Virus genome (UHGV): UHGV-0332176
DNA from: a virus
Length of the DNA stretch: 64,000 nt
Reading direction: 5' to 3' (one strand)
Below, piece by piece: positions 18,552-29,381 of the stretch. Numbering within the stretch: position 1 is the first letter of the stretch; each line of letters opens with the position of its first letter. Both the position numbers and the translations under genes were made by a program. The notes beneath the pieces are model-generated. The model did not search any database. It was given only the letters and a program-made list of their open reading frames with translations, and was not told the origin of the DNA.

Positions 18552-18950
18552 TTAATTTTCAATTAATTCAACAGTTTGTTTTCCTAATTCTATAATCATT
18601 GAATTAACAATTTTTTCTTCATTTTCACAATCATATGTTGGATGAGAACCATTAGCATCATAATATTTAATATTACATACAAATTCTTCTAAATCTTCAG
18701 AAGGTAATGCACTTTCATAAATTTCATCAGTTCTTTTATCCCTAATATAAATGGTTAATATATATTCATCTAAATGAGCTTCAACAATTTCAAAATCTTT
18801 TGTAAGTTTTTTTGGAAATACTTGTTCAACACCATTTACGGATTTAATTTCCGTTGGTTTATCATTAATTAAAAACCAACTAACACAAGAAATCAAAAAT
18901 GCAATTAATACCACTAAACCAAATTCTTGAAATTTTTTAATAACTTTCAT
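18552..18950 (-). CDS. hypothetical membrane-anchored protein
   Basis: N-terminal hydrophobic segment GLVVLIAFLISCVSWFLI. Confidence 0.4.
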   Translation of the reverse strand: MKVIKKFQEFGLVVLIAFLISCVSWFLINDKPTEIKSVNGVEQVFPKKLTKDFEIVEAHLDEYILTIYIRDKRTDEIYESALPSEDLEEFVCNIKYYDANGSHPTYDCENEEKIVNSMIIELGKQTVELIEN

Positions 18951-19133
18951 TTTTTAATCCTTTTCTAAAATTCCTTTGTATGTTCTATAAGAATATTTGT
19001 CATTGGGGTTAAATTTACAACGATAAAATCCATTAAGTTTCTTTAACCATTTAGCATATTCTCTCTTTTCTTTTTCTTTTTGTTCTTTTAATTTTTCTTC
19101 TAATGTTTTTTCTTCCATTTCATTCTCCTAATA

Positions 19134-19385
19134 TTAAGCATTAATTAATTTCCCTACTGACCGAATACCATAATCTAAATCAAATTTTAAATTTTCAACA
19201 GAATCATATTGATAAGTTATTTGATAATTAACAGTATTATACTTATGATATAATCCATTCATTTTAAAAATAACAGGAATTATTTTACGACCACCAACAA
19301 CCATATCAAATGGAATCTTTTCAACATTTTTATGAGTTTTATTATCTGTAATAATAGCCAAGCCTTTAATTCTTTGACGTTTCAT
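19134..19385 (-). CDS. hypothetical protein
   Basis: ORF track. Confidence 0.35.
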   Translation of the reverse strand: MKRQRIKGLAIITDNKTHKNVEKIPFDMVVGGRKIIPVIFKMNGLYHKYNTVNYQITYQYDSVENLKFDLDYGIRSVGKLINA

Positions 19386-19557
19386 TTGTTTTCTCCAATG
19401 TTAACAATTTACAATTTTCTTTAGGTTCAATATATGTTTGTTTACCATTTAATCTTGTTGGTACAGAAATAACGTATACCTTATCTGATTCCATTATGAT
19501 TTTTCCAGCAAATCCTTTTTCTTCATTAAAAATAGCATATTTTCCAACATTAGTCAT
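19366..19557 (-). CDS. hypothetical small protein (internal Met start of ORF 19366..19680)
   Basis: The upstream part of the track ORF overlaps 19562..19981 in another frame; Met at MTNVGKYAIF begins right after the stop of the upstream gene. Confidence 0.3.
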   Translation of the reverse strand: MTNVGKYAIFNEEKGFAGKIIMESDKVYVISVPTRLNGKQTYIEPKENCKLLTLEKTNETSKN

Positions 19558-19561
19558 TTCA

Positions 19562-19981
19562 TTAAGCCCAATCAATATTATTATAATAAATACCCCATTT
19601 ATCATCAGCTTCATCCATAAAGCCACAAACAGAATCTTGATTATTTTTAATTGTAAAAACTTCTGAATGCTGTTCAACATAATTAATAACTTGATTAAAT
19701 AAGTTTATTAATTTATTGTCATATTCTTTATCATTATAAATTTCAACCATACTTTCAATGTGTGATTTAAAACCATTTTCAGCTAAAAAGAAAGCACTAC
19801 TTCCGCACGTTTCAATTCCATAACCTTCCCAAAATTTATCACCATCATTGTACCAACGATAATTTATTTTGGCAAAAGCACGAATAATTTCACCACCTAA
19901 TGTATCACATTTACCTATATCAGGAACATATTGATTAAACAATTTATAATATTTCTTTTCAGTTTCTGTTTTCTTTACCAT
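19562..19981 (-). CDS. hypothetical protein
   Basis: ORF track. Confidence 0.4.
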   Translation of the reverse strand: MVKKTETEKKYYKLFNQYVPDIGKCDTLGGEIIRAFAKINYRWYNDGDKFWEGYGIETCGSSAFFLAENGFKSHIESMVEIYNDKEYDNKLINLFNQVINYVEQHSEVFTIKNNQDSVCGFMDEADDKWGIYYNNIDWA

Positions 19982-20056
19982 ATTTTTATCTTTTAAAAAA
20001 ATAAAAACCTATCAAATTATTTTGATAGGTTTAATATATCAAATAAAATTTATTTG

Positions 20057-20704
20057 TCAAGAAATAAAATTAAATTTTTTCATTAATTTTTCAATATTAG
20101 ACATTTTATTTAGAAAATAATTTTCGTTATAAAAACTACTCCATTCCCAAGTAATATATTTTGTAACAACTCTTTTATGTGGTTTTATTTTACAAAATAA
20201 TTCACGACTGCCATCATTCCAAATAACACGACAATCATCATAAAATGTTCCCGAATTTGCATCAACAAAAAATGTATTGCCATCAAATTTTGTAATTTCA
20301 TATTGATAAATTTCTTCAGTTTCATAATGTAATTTAAATGTATTTAAAGAAACTTCTAACATTAGTTGAGTAAATAACCATTTAAAATTTTTAAATTTTT
20401 CTGATGGAGTTTCTCCTTTTAAAAACTTACGTTTAATAAGTTCTTTTGAATATAAACTATATTTAGATAAAAATTCTTCATATTTTTTAAAATTTTCATT
20501 GGACAAACAATTTAAATAAGGTTGAGCATCTTTTTTATACCAAGTAGAGAGAATATCTAATCCTGTTATACACATATCCATATCAGTATTGATAGATATT
20601 TCTGCTTTCCACTTTATATTTTTTAATTTTCTTTTATAATTTAATGCTCGCAATTTAGACATTAATATATTATCGGAATTATAAATTCTTTTAAAAATAT
20701 TCAT
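20057..20704 (-). CDS. hypothetical protein
   Basis: ORF track. Confidence 0.4.
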   Translation of the reverse strand: MNIFKRIYNSDNILMSKLRALNYKRKLKNIKWKAEISINTDMDMCITGLDILSTWYKKDAQPYLNCLSNENFKKYEEFLSKYSLYSKELIKRKFLKGETPSEKFKNFKWLFTQLMLEVSLNTFKLHYETEEIYQYEITKFDGNTFFVDANSGTFYDDCRVIWNDGSRELFCKIKPHKRVVTKYITWEWSSFYNENYFLNKMSNIEKLMKKFNFIS

Positions 20705-20852
20705 TATTCATTTCTCCCATATAATTTGTTTAAGAGATTTTAATCTCTTTCTATTATAAATTTTTTTAGATTTAATAACTTTTTGTTTATATAAAGGATT
20801 ATTCCATAATTCAAAAGCCATCATATCTCGTTTTTTAAGAGGATTTTTAATT

Positions 20853-21452
20853 TTAATTAATAGCTTTGACATATTCTTCTCTTTCATAATATAAATAACT
20901 TTTTGTTAAATCAATATTTAATATTAATGGTGTTTCTTCTTCAAAATAAAAAACTAATTGATTATTTTTATAATCTATTTTATCAATATGTTTCTTAAAA
21001 ATATTTGAAATTTCACCTTTTAATATTTTAATAGGTTCATTTGATATAATCTTAAATATAAATTGTGTCATTGGTAAATCACAACATATATGAAATTTTA
21101 TTTTATTTTCATCAAGAGTAATAGTATTAATTTTATTTTCTTTTAATAATATTAAATCTTCCAAACTAACATCATATAAATGTTTAACTTTATTATATTG
21201 AAAATGAAAAGAATTAATAGCATCCATCCAATTATCAAATTTAATAATAAAATTATCAGAATTAATATATGAATATTCGTTTTCTGTTAATAACGAATAT
21301 GTTTCAAAATCAACTTTTCCATTATTATATAATTTATGAATTCCTAATGTACCATAGCCAACTTGATTTGATTGATATGTATCTATACAAGTAATAACAA
21401 ATTTATCATCTAATTCAGAATAAATTTGCCCAACTTCAATTTTCATTTTCAT
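20853..21452 (-). CDS. hypothetical protein
   Basis: ORF track. Confidence 0.4.
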   Translation of the reverse strand: MKMKIEVGQIYSELDDKFVITCIDTYQSNQVGYGTLGIHKLYNNGKVDFETYSLLTENEYSYINSDNFIIKFDNWMDAINSFHFQYNKVKHLYDVSLEDLILLKENKINTITLDENKIKFHICCDLPMTQFIFKIISNEPIKILKGEISNIFKKHIDKIDYKNNQLVFYFEEETPLILNIDLTKSYLYYEREEYVKAIN

Positions 21453-21762
21453 CTTCCTCTTGATAATCTATTTCAATTTTTGTAATAATTTCATTAAATA
21501 TTTTTTCAAATTTTCTAACTGCTTTTTCAAATTCAATTTCAAAATCATCAATACTTAATGTATGTGAAAAATCTTTTTTAAATTCATAATTATTATCACC
21601 AAATTTAGCATCTGCTGTTAAAATAGTATACATTTTATTAAAATAATCACTATAAAAGTGAGAAATATGATATTTAATAAAAGTTTTTCCAATTTTCTTT
21701 TTAAAATTGTATTTTTTATCTTTTAATCCTTTTTCATCTATATCATTTAATGTTATTGTCAT
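21436..21762 (-). CDS. hypothetical protein
   Basis: ORF track. Confidence 0.4.
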   Translation of the reverse strand: MTITLNDIDEKGLKDKKYNFKKKIGKTFIKYHISHFYSDYFNKMYTILTADAKFGDNNYEFKKDFSHTLSIDDFEIEFEKAVRKFEKIFNEIITKIEIDYQEEDENEN

Positions 21763-21830
21763 AAATTAATACCTCTATATTTTTTATAGAGGTATTATAA
21801 AAAATTTATTTTAACTTGTCAATGATTTTT

Positions 21831-21906
21831 TGGCACTCCCAAGAGGATTCGAACCCCTAATTTAACGTCCGTAGCGTTATGGTTTTTCCAGTTAGCCTAT
21901 AGGAGC
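21831..21906 (-). tRNA. tRNA-Arg (anticodon ACG)
   Basis: Minus-strand cloverleaf: acceptor gctccta/tgggagt (two G-U pairs), anticodon stem taacg/cgtta with loop ctACGga, T-arm agggg-ttcgaat-cctct, encoded CCA; D-arm irregular. Confidence 0.6.
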
Positions 21907-21910
21907 AATT

Positions 21911-22567
21911 TTATTCATAATCATCAATAAAATCTAAATCACCTTCTCTTGATTCTATTGCACGAATGCATTGATTACATAATAAACCTAAATCTTTTTC
22001 ACGATGTAATTCAGACATTGGATATTCTTCACCACACCAACTACATTCTGCATATTCTTCAAAATCTTCATTATCAAAATTATCTTCATTAATATTTTCT
22101 GTATGTTCTTCTTGTTGAGGATTATCACCCCAAAGTTTATTTTGAACTAACATTACAATATTTCCTAATCTTTGTTTAGCAGTTGGTTCATCAATTTTAC
22201 CATCTTCTAATGCACGATAAATTTCTTCAGCTTTTTTTACTAATTCATCATTATGAGGTAAATTACTATTAATAAATTGTAATTGCATCCAAGGATTAAC
22301 TTCAGAACGATGTTCATATTCTACCAACATTTTTTTAATTACTGGGTCAGCAACTTCATTAACATTAGTATAATTTTCAACATTTTCTGTTAATACAGAA
22401 TAAACACCATCTTCTAAACCAGAAGCTATTTCATTATTTTTTTCTTTTGCTTCTGAAATAATATTTTCAATAACATTGATTGATTTATTTTCATTTAATA
22501 ATTTACGACCATAAATATATCCAAATGCATATTCTCTTGTTTTATCTTTTAATTGATTAATATCCAT
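21911..22567 (-). CDS. hypothetical protein with C-terminal zinc-ribbon (CSWCG...CNQC)
   Basis: ORF track; two CxxC pairs at the C-terminus. Confidence 0.4.
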   Translation of the reverse strand: MDINQLKDKTREYAFGYIYGRKLLNENKSINVIENIISEAKEKNNEIASGLEDGVYSVLTENVENYTNVNEVADPVIKKMLVEYEHRSEVNPWMQLQFINSNLPHNDELVKKAEEIYRALEDGKIDEPTAKQRLGNIVMLVQNKLWGDNPQQEEHTENINEDNFDNEDFEEYAECSWCGEEYPMSELHREKDLGLLCNQCIRAIESREGDLDFIDDYE

Positions 22568-22609
22568 TTTTTAAAATCTCCATAATATATATTATTATTT
22601 ATATTAATA

Positions 22610-22969
22610 TTAACAAGAACGATTTTTAATATGTTTAATTAATTTATCAAAAGAATCAAATACCCAATAGTCATAACCATATGATAAAATATAGTCTTTA
22701 TGAAAATATCCATTTTCTTCTAATTTATTTTTAAGTTCTTTTAATAATTTTAATTGTTCTTTTGTTTGGATATACCGATAATCAATCATTAATGAAGATG
22801 AACCATTAACAATTCTAATCCAACCCAAATCTAATGTTTGTTGTGTAGCATCTTCATCAGAATTAAATGTTTTTTCTAAAACTTTTTCAATAAATTGTTT
22901 ATGACCGAAATCATTCATTATTGTAAAAACTTCATTTGTTGGTGAAATCCAAAATCCATATGGTTTCAT
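22610..22969 (-). CDS. hypothetical protein
   Basis: ORF track. Confidence 0.4.
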   Translation of the reverse strand: MKPYGFWISPTNEVFTIMNDFGHKQFIEKVLEKTFNSDEDATQQTLDLGWIRIVNGSSSLMIDYRYIQTKEQLKLLKELKNKLEENGYFHKDYILSYGYDYWVFDSFDKLIKHIKNRSC

Positions 22970-23151
22970 TAATTTTGTTCCTTAAATTTACAAAATAGTG
23001 GATTAGTATCTCCACCGCCTACATAACAAACAACTTCTTCATTTTCACATCTAAGTATTGGAATATAAGTAAAATTACCTTCTCTCACTATTTCACAAGT
23101 CATTGTTAAACCAATTATTAAACAAAACAATTTTTTCATTTTATTCTCCAA
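22969..23151 (-). CDS. small putative lipoprotein
   Basis: Signal-peptide-like N-terminus MKKLFCLIIGLTMTC (lipobox-like Cys). Confidence 0.35.
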   Translation of the reverse strand: MENKMKKLFCLIIGLTMTCEIVREGNFTYIPILRCENEEVVCYVGGGDTNPLFCKFKEQN

Positions 23152-23203
23152 TAAATTATTTAAATAAAATATATCATAAAAAAATTATTTGTCAATAGAA
23201 AAA

Positions 23204-24151
23204 TTAAAATGGATATTTCCCTATTATTTTTTTGATTTCAATAATGCAAGATATAAAATTAATATCTGGAAAAGCTACAAAATTATGCTGATATAAATAT
23301 TTGGCAATTATAATTAAAATATCATCATATAATTTTTCTTCCGTTGTAATCATTGATAAATGATTATACATAAATTGATATAATGATTCATATTCTTCAT
23401 TAGCAATATTTTGAGCTAATAATTTTTTAAGTGTAAAGCAATCATTATTAATATTATTAATTACTTCACTAAATTTATCATATGCATATGCTGCATCATT
23501 TTTTAAAGGTTGTAAAATATTATTAATTGTATTTTGGTCAATTGCATTAATACAAGCTCTTAAATCAGGCTGATAAATTTCAACATATTTAACGACATCA
23601 TTCATATCATTAACAATAATACGTTCATCTTGTAAAATTTTTGCAATACGTCCAACAAATTCTTCAAATTTTAATGTATTAAAATGATAACGTTGACATC
23701 TTGATGTAATAGCAACATCAATTTGAGCAATATTATTTGTTGTAAAAATAAATCTACACCAATTAGAATATTCTTCTAATACATATTTTAATGATGATTG
23801 AGCTTGTTTAGAAGCTCTTTCAAATTCTTCTAAAATAATAAGTTTTACAGTATCTTTTTCTAATGGTGGAACAGATGCATAATCAATAACTTTACGCATA
23901 TCATCAATAGAAGTCTTATCAGACATATTATAACGAATATAATCAGTTAATTGTAATTCATTAATTAAAACATTAATCGATGAAGATTTTCCTGTTCCAG
24001 GAGGACCATAAAAAATTAAATGTGAATCAATAGTTTTATTAGCAATCCACGTTTTAAATTTATTTTCATATTCATCATTAATATATACTAAATCAGAAAC
24101 AGTTTTTGGTCTATATTTTTCAGTTAATATTTGGTTCATTTTCTTCCTCAT
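23204..24151 (-). CDS. sliding clamp loader ATPase subunit (T4 gp44 / RFC small subunit-like AAA+)
   Basis: EKYRPKTVSDLV...LIFYGPPGTGKSS Walker A in RFC-box context; DEAD-like ILEEFE; SRC-like TSRC. Confidence 0.75.
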   Translation of the reverse strand: MRKKMNQILTEKYRPKTVSDLVYINDEYENKFKTWIANKTIDSHLIFYGPPGTGKSSSINVLINELQLTDYIRYNMSDKTSIDDMRKVIDYASVPPLEKDTVKLIILEEFERASKQAQSSLKYVLEEYSNWCRFIFTTNNIAQIDVAITSRCQRYHFNTLKFEEFVGRIAKILQDERIIVNDMNDVVKYVEIYQPDLRACINAIDQNTINNILQPLKNDAAYAYDKFSEVINNINNDCFTLKKLLAQNIANEEYESLYQFMYNHLSMITTEEKLYDDILIIIAKYLYQHNFVAFPDINFISCIIEIKKIIGKYPF

Positions 24152-24590
24152 TAATAATTTCTAAAGGTTTAATATCAAAAGCACATTCTGGGTATACAGC
24201 AACCCCTTTTATATCATAATCATAAATTTCATTTTTTTCATTAATATTTCCAACACCGAATGAACAACAATATAAAGAAATGTTATTAGATAACATATTA
24301 TTAACTATGTTAGAAGCAACAGAAAATTTTTCACTACAAATTTCTCCCTCAATCCATAAATTATTATTTTCCATATAAACTTTTGATACTTTACCACAAA
24401 TAATTTCAGGTGGTATAAAACCATCTGAAGAAGGAAAATCTAATGTAATAGGAATTACATTGTTTTTTAAATTATTATATACCTTTTCCACTTCTTTTAA
24501 TGGATATATTCTATTATTCCTATTTAATTCATCTGCTTTTAAACAACAACTTTTAATTTTTACATTTTTATTCATTTGATATTTCCTCAT
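24120..24590 (-). CDS. hypothetical protein (position compatible with a clamp-loader small subunit)
   Basis: Immediately upstream of and overlapping the clamp-loader ATPase gene on the same strand; no motif support. Confidence 0.25.
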   Translation of the reverse strand: MRKYQMNKNVKIKSCCLKADELNRNNRIYPLKEVEKVYNNLKNNVIPITLDFPSSDGFIPPEIICGKVSKVYMENNNLWIEGEICSEKFSVASNIVNNMLSNNISLYCCSFGVGNINEKNEIYDYDIKGVAVYPECAFDIKPLEIINEEENEPNIN

Positions 24591-24873
24591 TATTTTTATA
24601 AATGCTAAAACTATCTGAAATTAATTTTGCATCACCTCTGACATAAGATTCACTATAATCAATATCAAAATCAACTTCTTTTAAAAATTTTAAAAACTTT
24701 TTTTCATTAACATCTTTAAATTCGCAAATATCTTCAATTGTTGATTTTTCTAGCAATACAAATGCAACATTACCTTCTTTATCAAATTGCATTTGATAAA
24801 TTGGAATTGAAAAACGTCTGTTATCATAAATAAAATCACAAAACATACTAAATTCTGGCATTTTTTCAGTCAT
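24568..24873 (-). CDS. hypothetical protein
   Basis: ORF track. Confidence 0.35.
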   Translation of the reverse strand: MTEKMPEFSMFCDFIYDNRRFSIPIYQMQFDKEGNVAFVLLEKSTIEDICEFKDVNEKKFLKFLKEVDFDIDYSESYVRGDAKLISDSFSIYKNNEEISNE

Positions 24874-24877
24874 TATT

Positions 24878-25246
24878 TTACCTCATTAATATTAAACCAA
24901 ATATTCCTAAACAACATATACCAATAAATGATAAAATTGTCAAGAAAATTATTTTTAACGGATTGAATTTCTTTTTCGTTGTATTCCATTCTTCCCAATG
25001 TTTTTGAACAAAACATTTTAATTCAATATCATTTGGTAAATGGTCTTTTCCAAATAAAGCATATAATTCTGGATATTTTCTTTTATCAAAAATTTTATTT
25101 GGAACCCATTTAATATAACTTTCGGGAACTGCTCCATCAACAGTCATCGTAAAACCAATTGGAGTTGTATCTTCAATAGGAATATTTTTATTAAAATCCC
25201 ATAAATCTTTTCTTTTGGTAGCTTTAATAACCGTAATTCTTTCCAT
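24878..25246 (-). CDS. hypothetical protein with C-terminal transmembrane segment
   Basis: C-terminus LKIIFLTILSFIGICCLGIFGLILM. Confidence 0.35.
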   Translation of the reverse strand: MERITVIKATKRKDLWDFNKNIPIEDTTPIGFTMTVDGAVPESYIKWVPNKIFDKRKYPELYALFGKDHLPNDIELKCFVQKHWEEWNTTKKKFNPLKIIFLTILSFIGICCLGIFGLILMR

Positions 25247-25258
25247 AATATTAATCCT

Positions 25259-25636
25259 TTATGTATTATTGAATATACCAAATACTTTTTCTTTTTCCCA
25301 ACACGCAACTGAACCTTCTTCACTACCATCGGGAAGTTTAAAACAATCAGTATCTCTTAAAACATCTCCTAATGATGTATAAACAAATTTCCAACCTGAT
25401 TCTTTTAATTTATTAATTTTTTCTTCTGATTCTTTTAAATAATCTATCCATTCTTGATTAAAAGGGAGTCCATATTTTTCAGAATCTTCTTTTTGAACTT
25501 GAATTTCTTCTTCAATAGTTCTAAAATTCTCAGGAACACATAAATCTGGTTGTTCTGTATATACTTCCCATTCTTCAAAATCAGGATATTCTTCCATTCT
25601 TTTTTGAATTTCTTTTAATAATGTTTTAACTTTCAT
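25259..25636 (-). CDS. hypothetical protein
   Basis: ORF track. Confidence 0.35.
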   Translation of the reverse strand: MKVKTLLKEIQKRMEEYPDFEEWEVYTEQPDLCVPENFRTIEEEIQVQKEDSEKYGLPFNQEWIDYLKESEEKINKLKESGWKFVYTSLGDVLRDTDCFKLPDGSEEGSVACWEKEKVFGIFNNT

Positions 25637-25910
25637 TTGAATATCTCTTTGCTTTAATTGTTAAACCATCTGCCATTATATTTGTAATTTTAAAAGGTAT
25701 ACCTGAATCAGAATTAAATATATATCCTATTTGAATTTTAGATGGTAATAAATTTTTTCTAAATTCCATTGATTTTTTATTAGGAACTGCATATAAAGAT
25801 TCCCAATAATATTCTAATTCTTGTGCATCTTCTTTTGAAATTATTACGTGATAATTTCTTTTCTTTTCAAAGTATGTTTTATTAAAAATTTTTAATAACC
25901 ATTTAAACAT
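25626..25910 (-). CDS. hypothetical protein
   Basis: ORF track. Confidence 0.35.
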   Translation of the reverse strand: MFKWLLKIFNKTYFEKKRNYHVIISKEDAQELEYYWESLYAVPNKKSMEFRKNLLPSKIQIGYIFNSDSGIPFKITNIMADGLTIKAKRYSNES

Positions 25911-26319
25911 TTTTCAATTCCTCATTTAAAATTTGTTGAGCATATTCACCTCTATCAGCAATTCTTTCAATAATTCGTGCTGAAGGGTCATTTGTATTCA
26001 TCATAGCATACTTTAATGTTTCAGTATCTTTATAAATATGCTTTCCTGTTGCATAAAAATTTAATCCTTTTATAAGAGTTTCAATTATATCATTACATTG
26101 ACATACTTGATAAATTAAATCATCCAAATAACACCATTCATCACAATGTTCTAAATAATTCCAAGCTATATCTGTACCAACACCTCTATCATTAAGATAG
26201 AAACAATCATATTTTGGTTCTTGATTGTCTATATCATCACCAAAAGGTGTATTAAATTTAAATACAATGTAAGAATAAGTTATAGGTTCTTCTTTATTTG
26301 TATGCCAAATATTATCCAT
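25903..26319 (-). CDS. hypothetical protein
   Basis: ORF track. Confidence 0.35.
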   Translation of the reverse strand: MDNIWHTNKEEPITYSYIVFKFNTPFGDDIDNQEPKYDCFYLNDRGVGTDIAWNYLEHCDEWCYLDDLIYQVCQCNDIIETLIKGLNFYATGKHIYKDTETLKYAMMNTNDPSARIIERIADRGEYAQQILNEELKNV

Positions 26320-26677
26320 TATTTTCTCCTGAATATTGAACTTTTATATTAAATATTTGTCCTGTTAATTTTGTTAAAGGTGCAACTGTAACTAAAGTAT
26401 GATGACACCATACAGGAAAACAATAACCTAATATTTTTTGACAATATTTTTTATACCTTCTCCAAGATATTTTATTAAAATGAGTCTGAAAATATAAAAA
26501 ATCGGGATGTTCTTGGCAAAAAATATCATAATCAATTTCCCTGCTTAAATGTCTAAAAGCATATTCTTCACTAAAAATATTATACCCAATACGGTCTTCA
26601 AACATTGTTTTTTTATATTCTCGTTGAGAAAAAATATCTTTTAAAATATCATAAAGTCGTATCATCAATAATTCCAA
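26312..26677 (-). CDS. hypothetical protein
   Basis: ORF track. Confidence 0.35.
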   Translation of the reverse strand: MELLMIRLYDILKDIFSQREYKKTMFEDRIGYNIFSEEYAFRHLSREIDYDIFCQEHPDFLYFQTHFNKISWRRYKKYCQKILGYCFPVWCHHTLVTVAPLTKLTGQIFNIKVQYSGENNG

Positions 26678-27035
26678 ATTCTTTTAATTGTGTTGGCATT
26701 GTTTTAGAAACAGCCATTAAACCTTCTTTTAATGATTTAGGAGAAATATACCATAAAGTTTCATCTTTTTCATTAATTGTCATAGCCATTGAAGTTGACC
26801 AATGTCCGTGTCTTAATAAAACCCAATCTCCAACATCAATATAATTAATATTATCAGATTTATAAAAAACCTTTGCCCATCGTGGTCTAGCAAAATGTCC
26901 TTCATAATCCATTTTTTCAGCTGGTACAATAAAACCAGATTTTAAAGTTCTTTCACCATATTCTATATTTTTAACAAATAATGAATTTGGTAAACATTCA
27001 ATATAATGTGGTATAGTTACTCCAAAATCAATCAT
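26649..27035 (-). CDS. hypothetical protein
   Basis: ORF track. Confidence 0.35.
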   Translation of the reverse strand: MIDFGVTIPHYIECLPNSLFVKNIEYGERTLKSGFIVPAEKMDYEGHFARPRWAKVFYKSDNINYIDVGDWVLLRHGHWSTSMAMTINEKDETLWYISPKSLKEGLMAVSKTMPTQLKEFGIIDDTTL

Positions 27036-27043
27036 TTTAATCC

Positions 27044-27397
27044 TTAATTTTCTTCTTTAGTTTCATTTTCATCTGTTGCTTCAATTTTCTTTTTTGATGG
27101 TTTTGCAACTTTAATAGTTTGGTTTTTAATTAATGATTCAACAGTCATATCTTTTAACTCATCTTCAATTTTTGCGTTTTCTTCAATATTATCTTTCATA
27201 TTAACAGTTGCTTGCTGAATCGTATTAGCATTATAATATTTTTCGAGCATTTCTTCTCTGGTTTCAACAATTTTTCCACCACGACCGAGCCTATCACCAC
27301 GACCATTCATATGAGCATTCCCTAATGCAACAGTTTTTTCATTTTTTTTAGCTAAAGAAATCATATCAACTTCTTTACCTCTATAACTTTTAACCAT
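27044..27397 (-). CDS. hypothetical protein
   Basis: ORF track. Confidence 0.35.
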   Translation of the reverse strand: MVKSYRGKEVDMISLAKKNEKTVALGNAHMNGRGDRLGRGGKIVETREEMLEKYYNANTIQQATVNMKDNIEENAKIEDELKDMTVESLIKNQTIKVAKPSKKKIEATDENETKEEN

Positions 27398-27771
27398 TAT
27401 TTTTCTCCTTTTTCAAACATTTTACAATGACAATGACCTGTTTTTTCCATATCTTCTTTAATGAATACACAAGGACACCTAATATCTTCTAATTCACTCG
27501 GTTTATTTTTTTGATATATGGTATATTTACAAGGACAATAACCTTCACATTTGTTTACAGCATCATACATTTTGTCAAAAATTTTACCTAATTTGTATCC
27601 ATTTTCTTTTGCATAATTTTCATACCATTCTTTTGTATGTAATTGAGCTTCATTTTGAATATTATAAATAAATTCAATTATTTTTATCTTTTTTTCTTCT
27701 GATATTCCATCACCTAAAAACTCGTTCATTTTCGGTAATAAAATATTAACATAATCTTCTTTTTTTAACAT
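27397..27771 (-). CDS. hypothetical Cys-rich protein (CPC...CPC...HCHC cluster)
   Basis: Metal-binding-like motif CEGYCPCKY...IRCPCVFIKEDMEKTGHCHCKMF. Confidence 0.35.
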   Translation of the reverse strand: MLKKEDYVNILLPKMNEFLGDGISEEKKIKIIEFIYNIQNEAQLHTKEWYENYAKENGYKLGKIFDKMYDAVNKCEGYCPCKYTIYQKNKPSELEDIRCPCVFIKEDMEKTGHCHCKMFEKGEK

Positions 27772-28239
27772 TTAATTTTCTCCATTATTTTTTAATGATT
27801 TTACATCAAAAACAAACCCTTTACAATATAATTCATCATCTTCTATAATATCAAACCATTCACAAGGAATATTTGTTTCATATTTAAATTGAGCATCAGA
27901 AGGATGTTTAATTTTAATAAATGTATTTTCATTTAATTTTAAAGCATTTTTAATTGTTTTATAAAAAACAGGATAATCATAATTAATTGTATCTAATAAA
28001 TCATCAATTTTCTTAATACTTACAAATTCAGATTCTTCTGGATACCAAATAAAATGTGCATCTGAATAACAATCATATTCAAGTCGTAATGCTCCATTTA
28101 ATTCAAATAAATCATCGCTATAACCATATGCAATAACTATTCCATTTTCTTTCATTTCTTGAAGTAAATCTTTATCAAAATTATCACCATAATTATGATT
28201 ATTTAATAAGTCAGCATATTCTTTTAATGTTCTTTTCAT
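27772..28239 (-). CDS. hypothetical protein
   Basis: ORF track. Confidence 0.35.
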   Translation of the reverse strand: MKRTLKEYADLLNNHNYGDNFDKDLLQEMKENGIVIAYGYSDDLFELNGALRLEYDCYSDAHFIWYPEESEFVSIKKIDDLLDTINYDYPVFYKTIKNALKLNENTFIKIKHPSDAQFKYETNIPCEWFDIIEDDELYCKGFVFDVKSLKNNGEN

Positions 28240-28251
28240 CTTTCAATTTCC

Positions 28252-29277
28252 TTATAAATCATCAGTATCTATTATTAAGTTTGGATTAAATTTTACATCA
28301 TTTTCTTTAAATGGTTCACCATATGCACAATAACCCATTGCATTAATAATATATCGTTTATTATTACCAAACACAAAATCTTTTCGGCAATGAACGTGTC
28401 CAGAAATTACTAATTTAATATTATCAAATTCATTAACCCAATCTTCTAAATCAGAAACATAACTAGCATTTGCTTTATGATGTTTGTACGTGTCATCAAT
28501 ACATTGTGGAGATAAACAATGATGTGTTAATAAAATAATTTTGCATTTAGGATTAATTGCTAAAATTTCATTATAACATCTTTTAACTTCCTCTTTTGCT
28601 TTATTATGTAATTCTAAATATAAATTTGGAGTAATGTTTCTTGATGGAGTTTCCCACCCCCATTTAAAATCATTTAATGATTCTTTAGCAACTAACATAT
28701 TTTCTCTAAATATCATTTCAGGAGTTAATTCGGTTGCAGGTACATATTCCTTACCTTTATCCCCTAAATACATATTAATCCAAATATTATATGCTTTCTG
28801 TCGATTATTATATTCTTCAAGTGTTAAATCAGTATATTCATAATTAGTAAAGAATGTTGAACCAATAACTGCAACATCTTCTTTATTTGATAGAAATGTC
28901 CAATCATTTTCCAGATATGTATAATACATATGAGTTTTAGGATATGCTTGTCTTAATTCATCCTGTAATTCATATATAGTTTTTCTTCCTTTTTGATAAA
29001 CTAAATGATTCCCTTCAATAAATATAACTCTTTCATTCGGAAAAAAACCTTCTAAAAATGCTTGAGTATAATCTAAACCTGTTGCCATATCACCTGCAAT
29101 CAATGTTACACAATCATCTTCGTGTTTAAGTTTTCTTTTATAATAGTGGTAAAAAGATGAATGATTAATAGGTAAATTACCATTAATTCCATCTGTAAAA
29201 TGTATATCACTCATTATTCTAATTTTCATAATAAACTCCATATTAATAATACTAATAATATTAAGCATATAAACCAT
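28252..29277 (-). CDS. calcineurin-like metallophosphoesterase (possibly an Mre11/gp47-like nuclease)
   Basis: Ordered MPP motifs: MSDIHF (D-x-H), IAGDMATG (GD), IEGNHL (GNHx), LLTHH, ISGHVH (GH). Confidence 0.6.
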   Translation of the reverse strand: MVYMLNIISIINMEFIMKIRIMSDIHFTDGINGNLPINHSSFYHYYKRKLKHEDDCVTLIAGDMATGLDYTQAFLEGFFPNERVIFIEGNHLVYQKGRKTIYELQDELRQAYPKTHMYYTYLENDWTFLSNKEDVAVIGSTFFTNYEYTDLTLEEYNNRQKAYNIWINMYLGDKGKEYVPATELTPEMIFRENMLVAKESLNDFKWGWETPSRNITPNLYLELHNKAKEEVKRCYNEILAINPKCKIILLTHHCLSPQCIDDTYKHHKANASYVSDLEDWVNEFDNIKLVISGHVHCRKDFVFGNNKRYIINAMGYCAYGEPFKENDVKFNPNLIIDTDDL

Positions 29278-29381
29278 ATAATATATTCTATATCTAATTC
29301 ATCACTAAATGAATCAAACTTTCCTAATTCTATGTCATATTCATTTTCTTCATTATACATAAAATTTCTCAAAAAATAAAA

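Noticed and set aside
19366-19680. Full-length track ORF 19366..19680
   Set aside because: Its first 40 codons overlap 19562..19981 on the same strand in another frame. Only the part from the internal Met (19557) is plausible.
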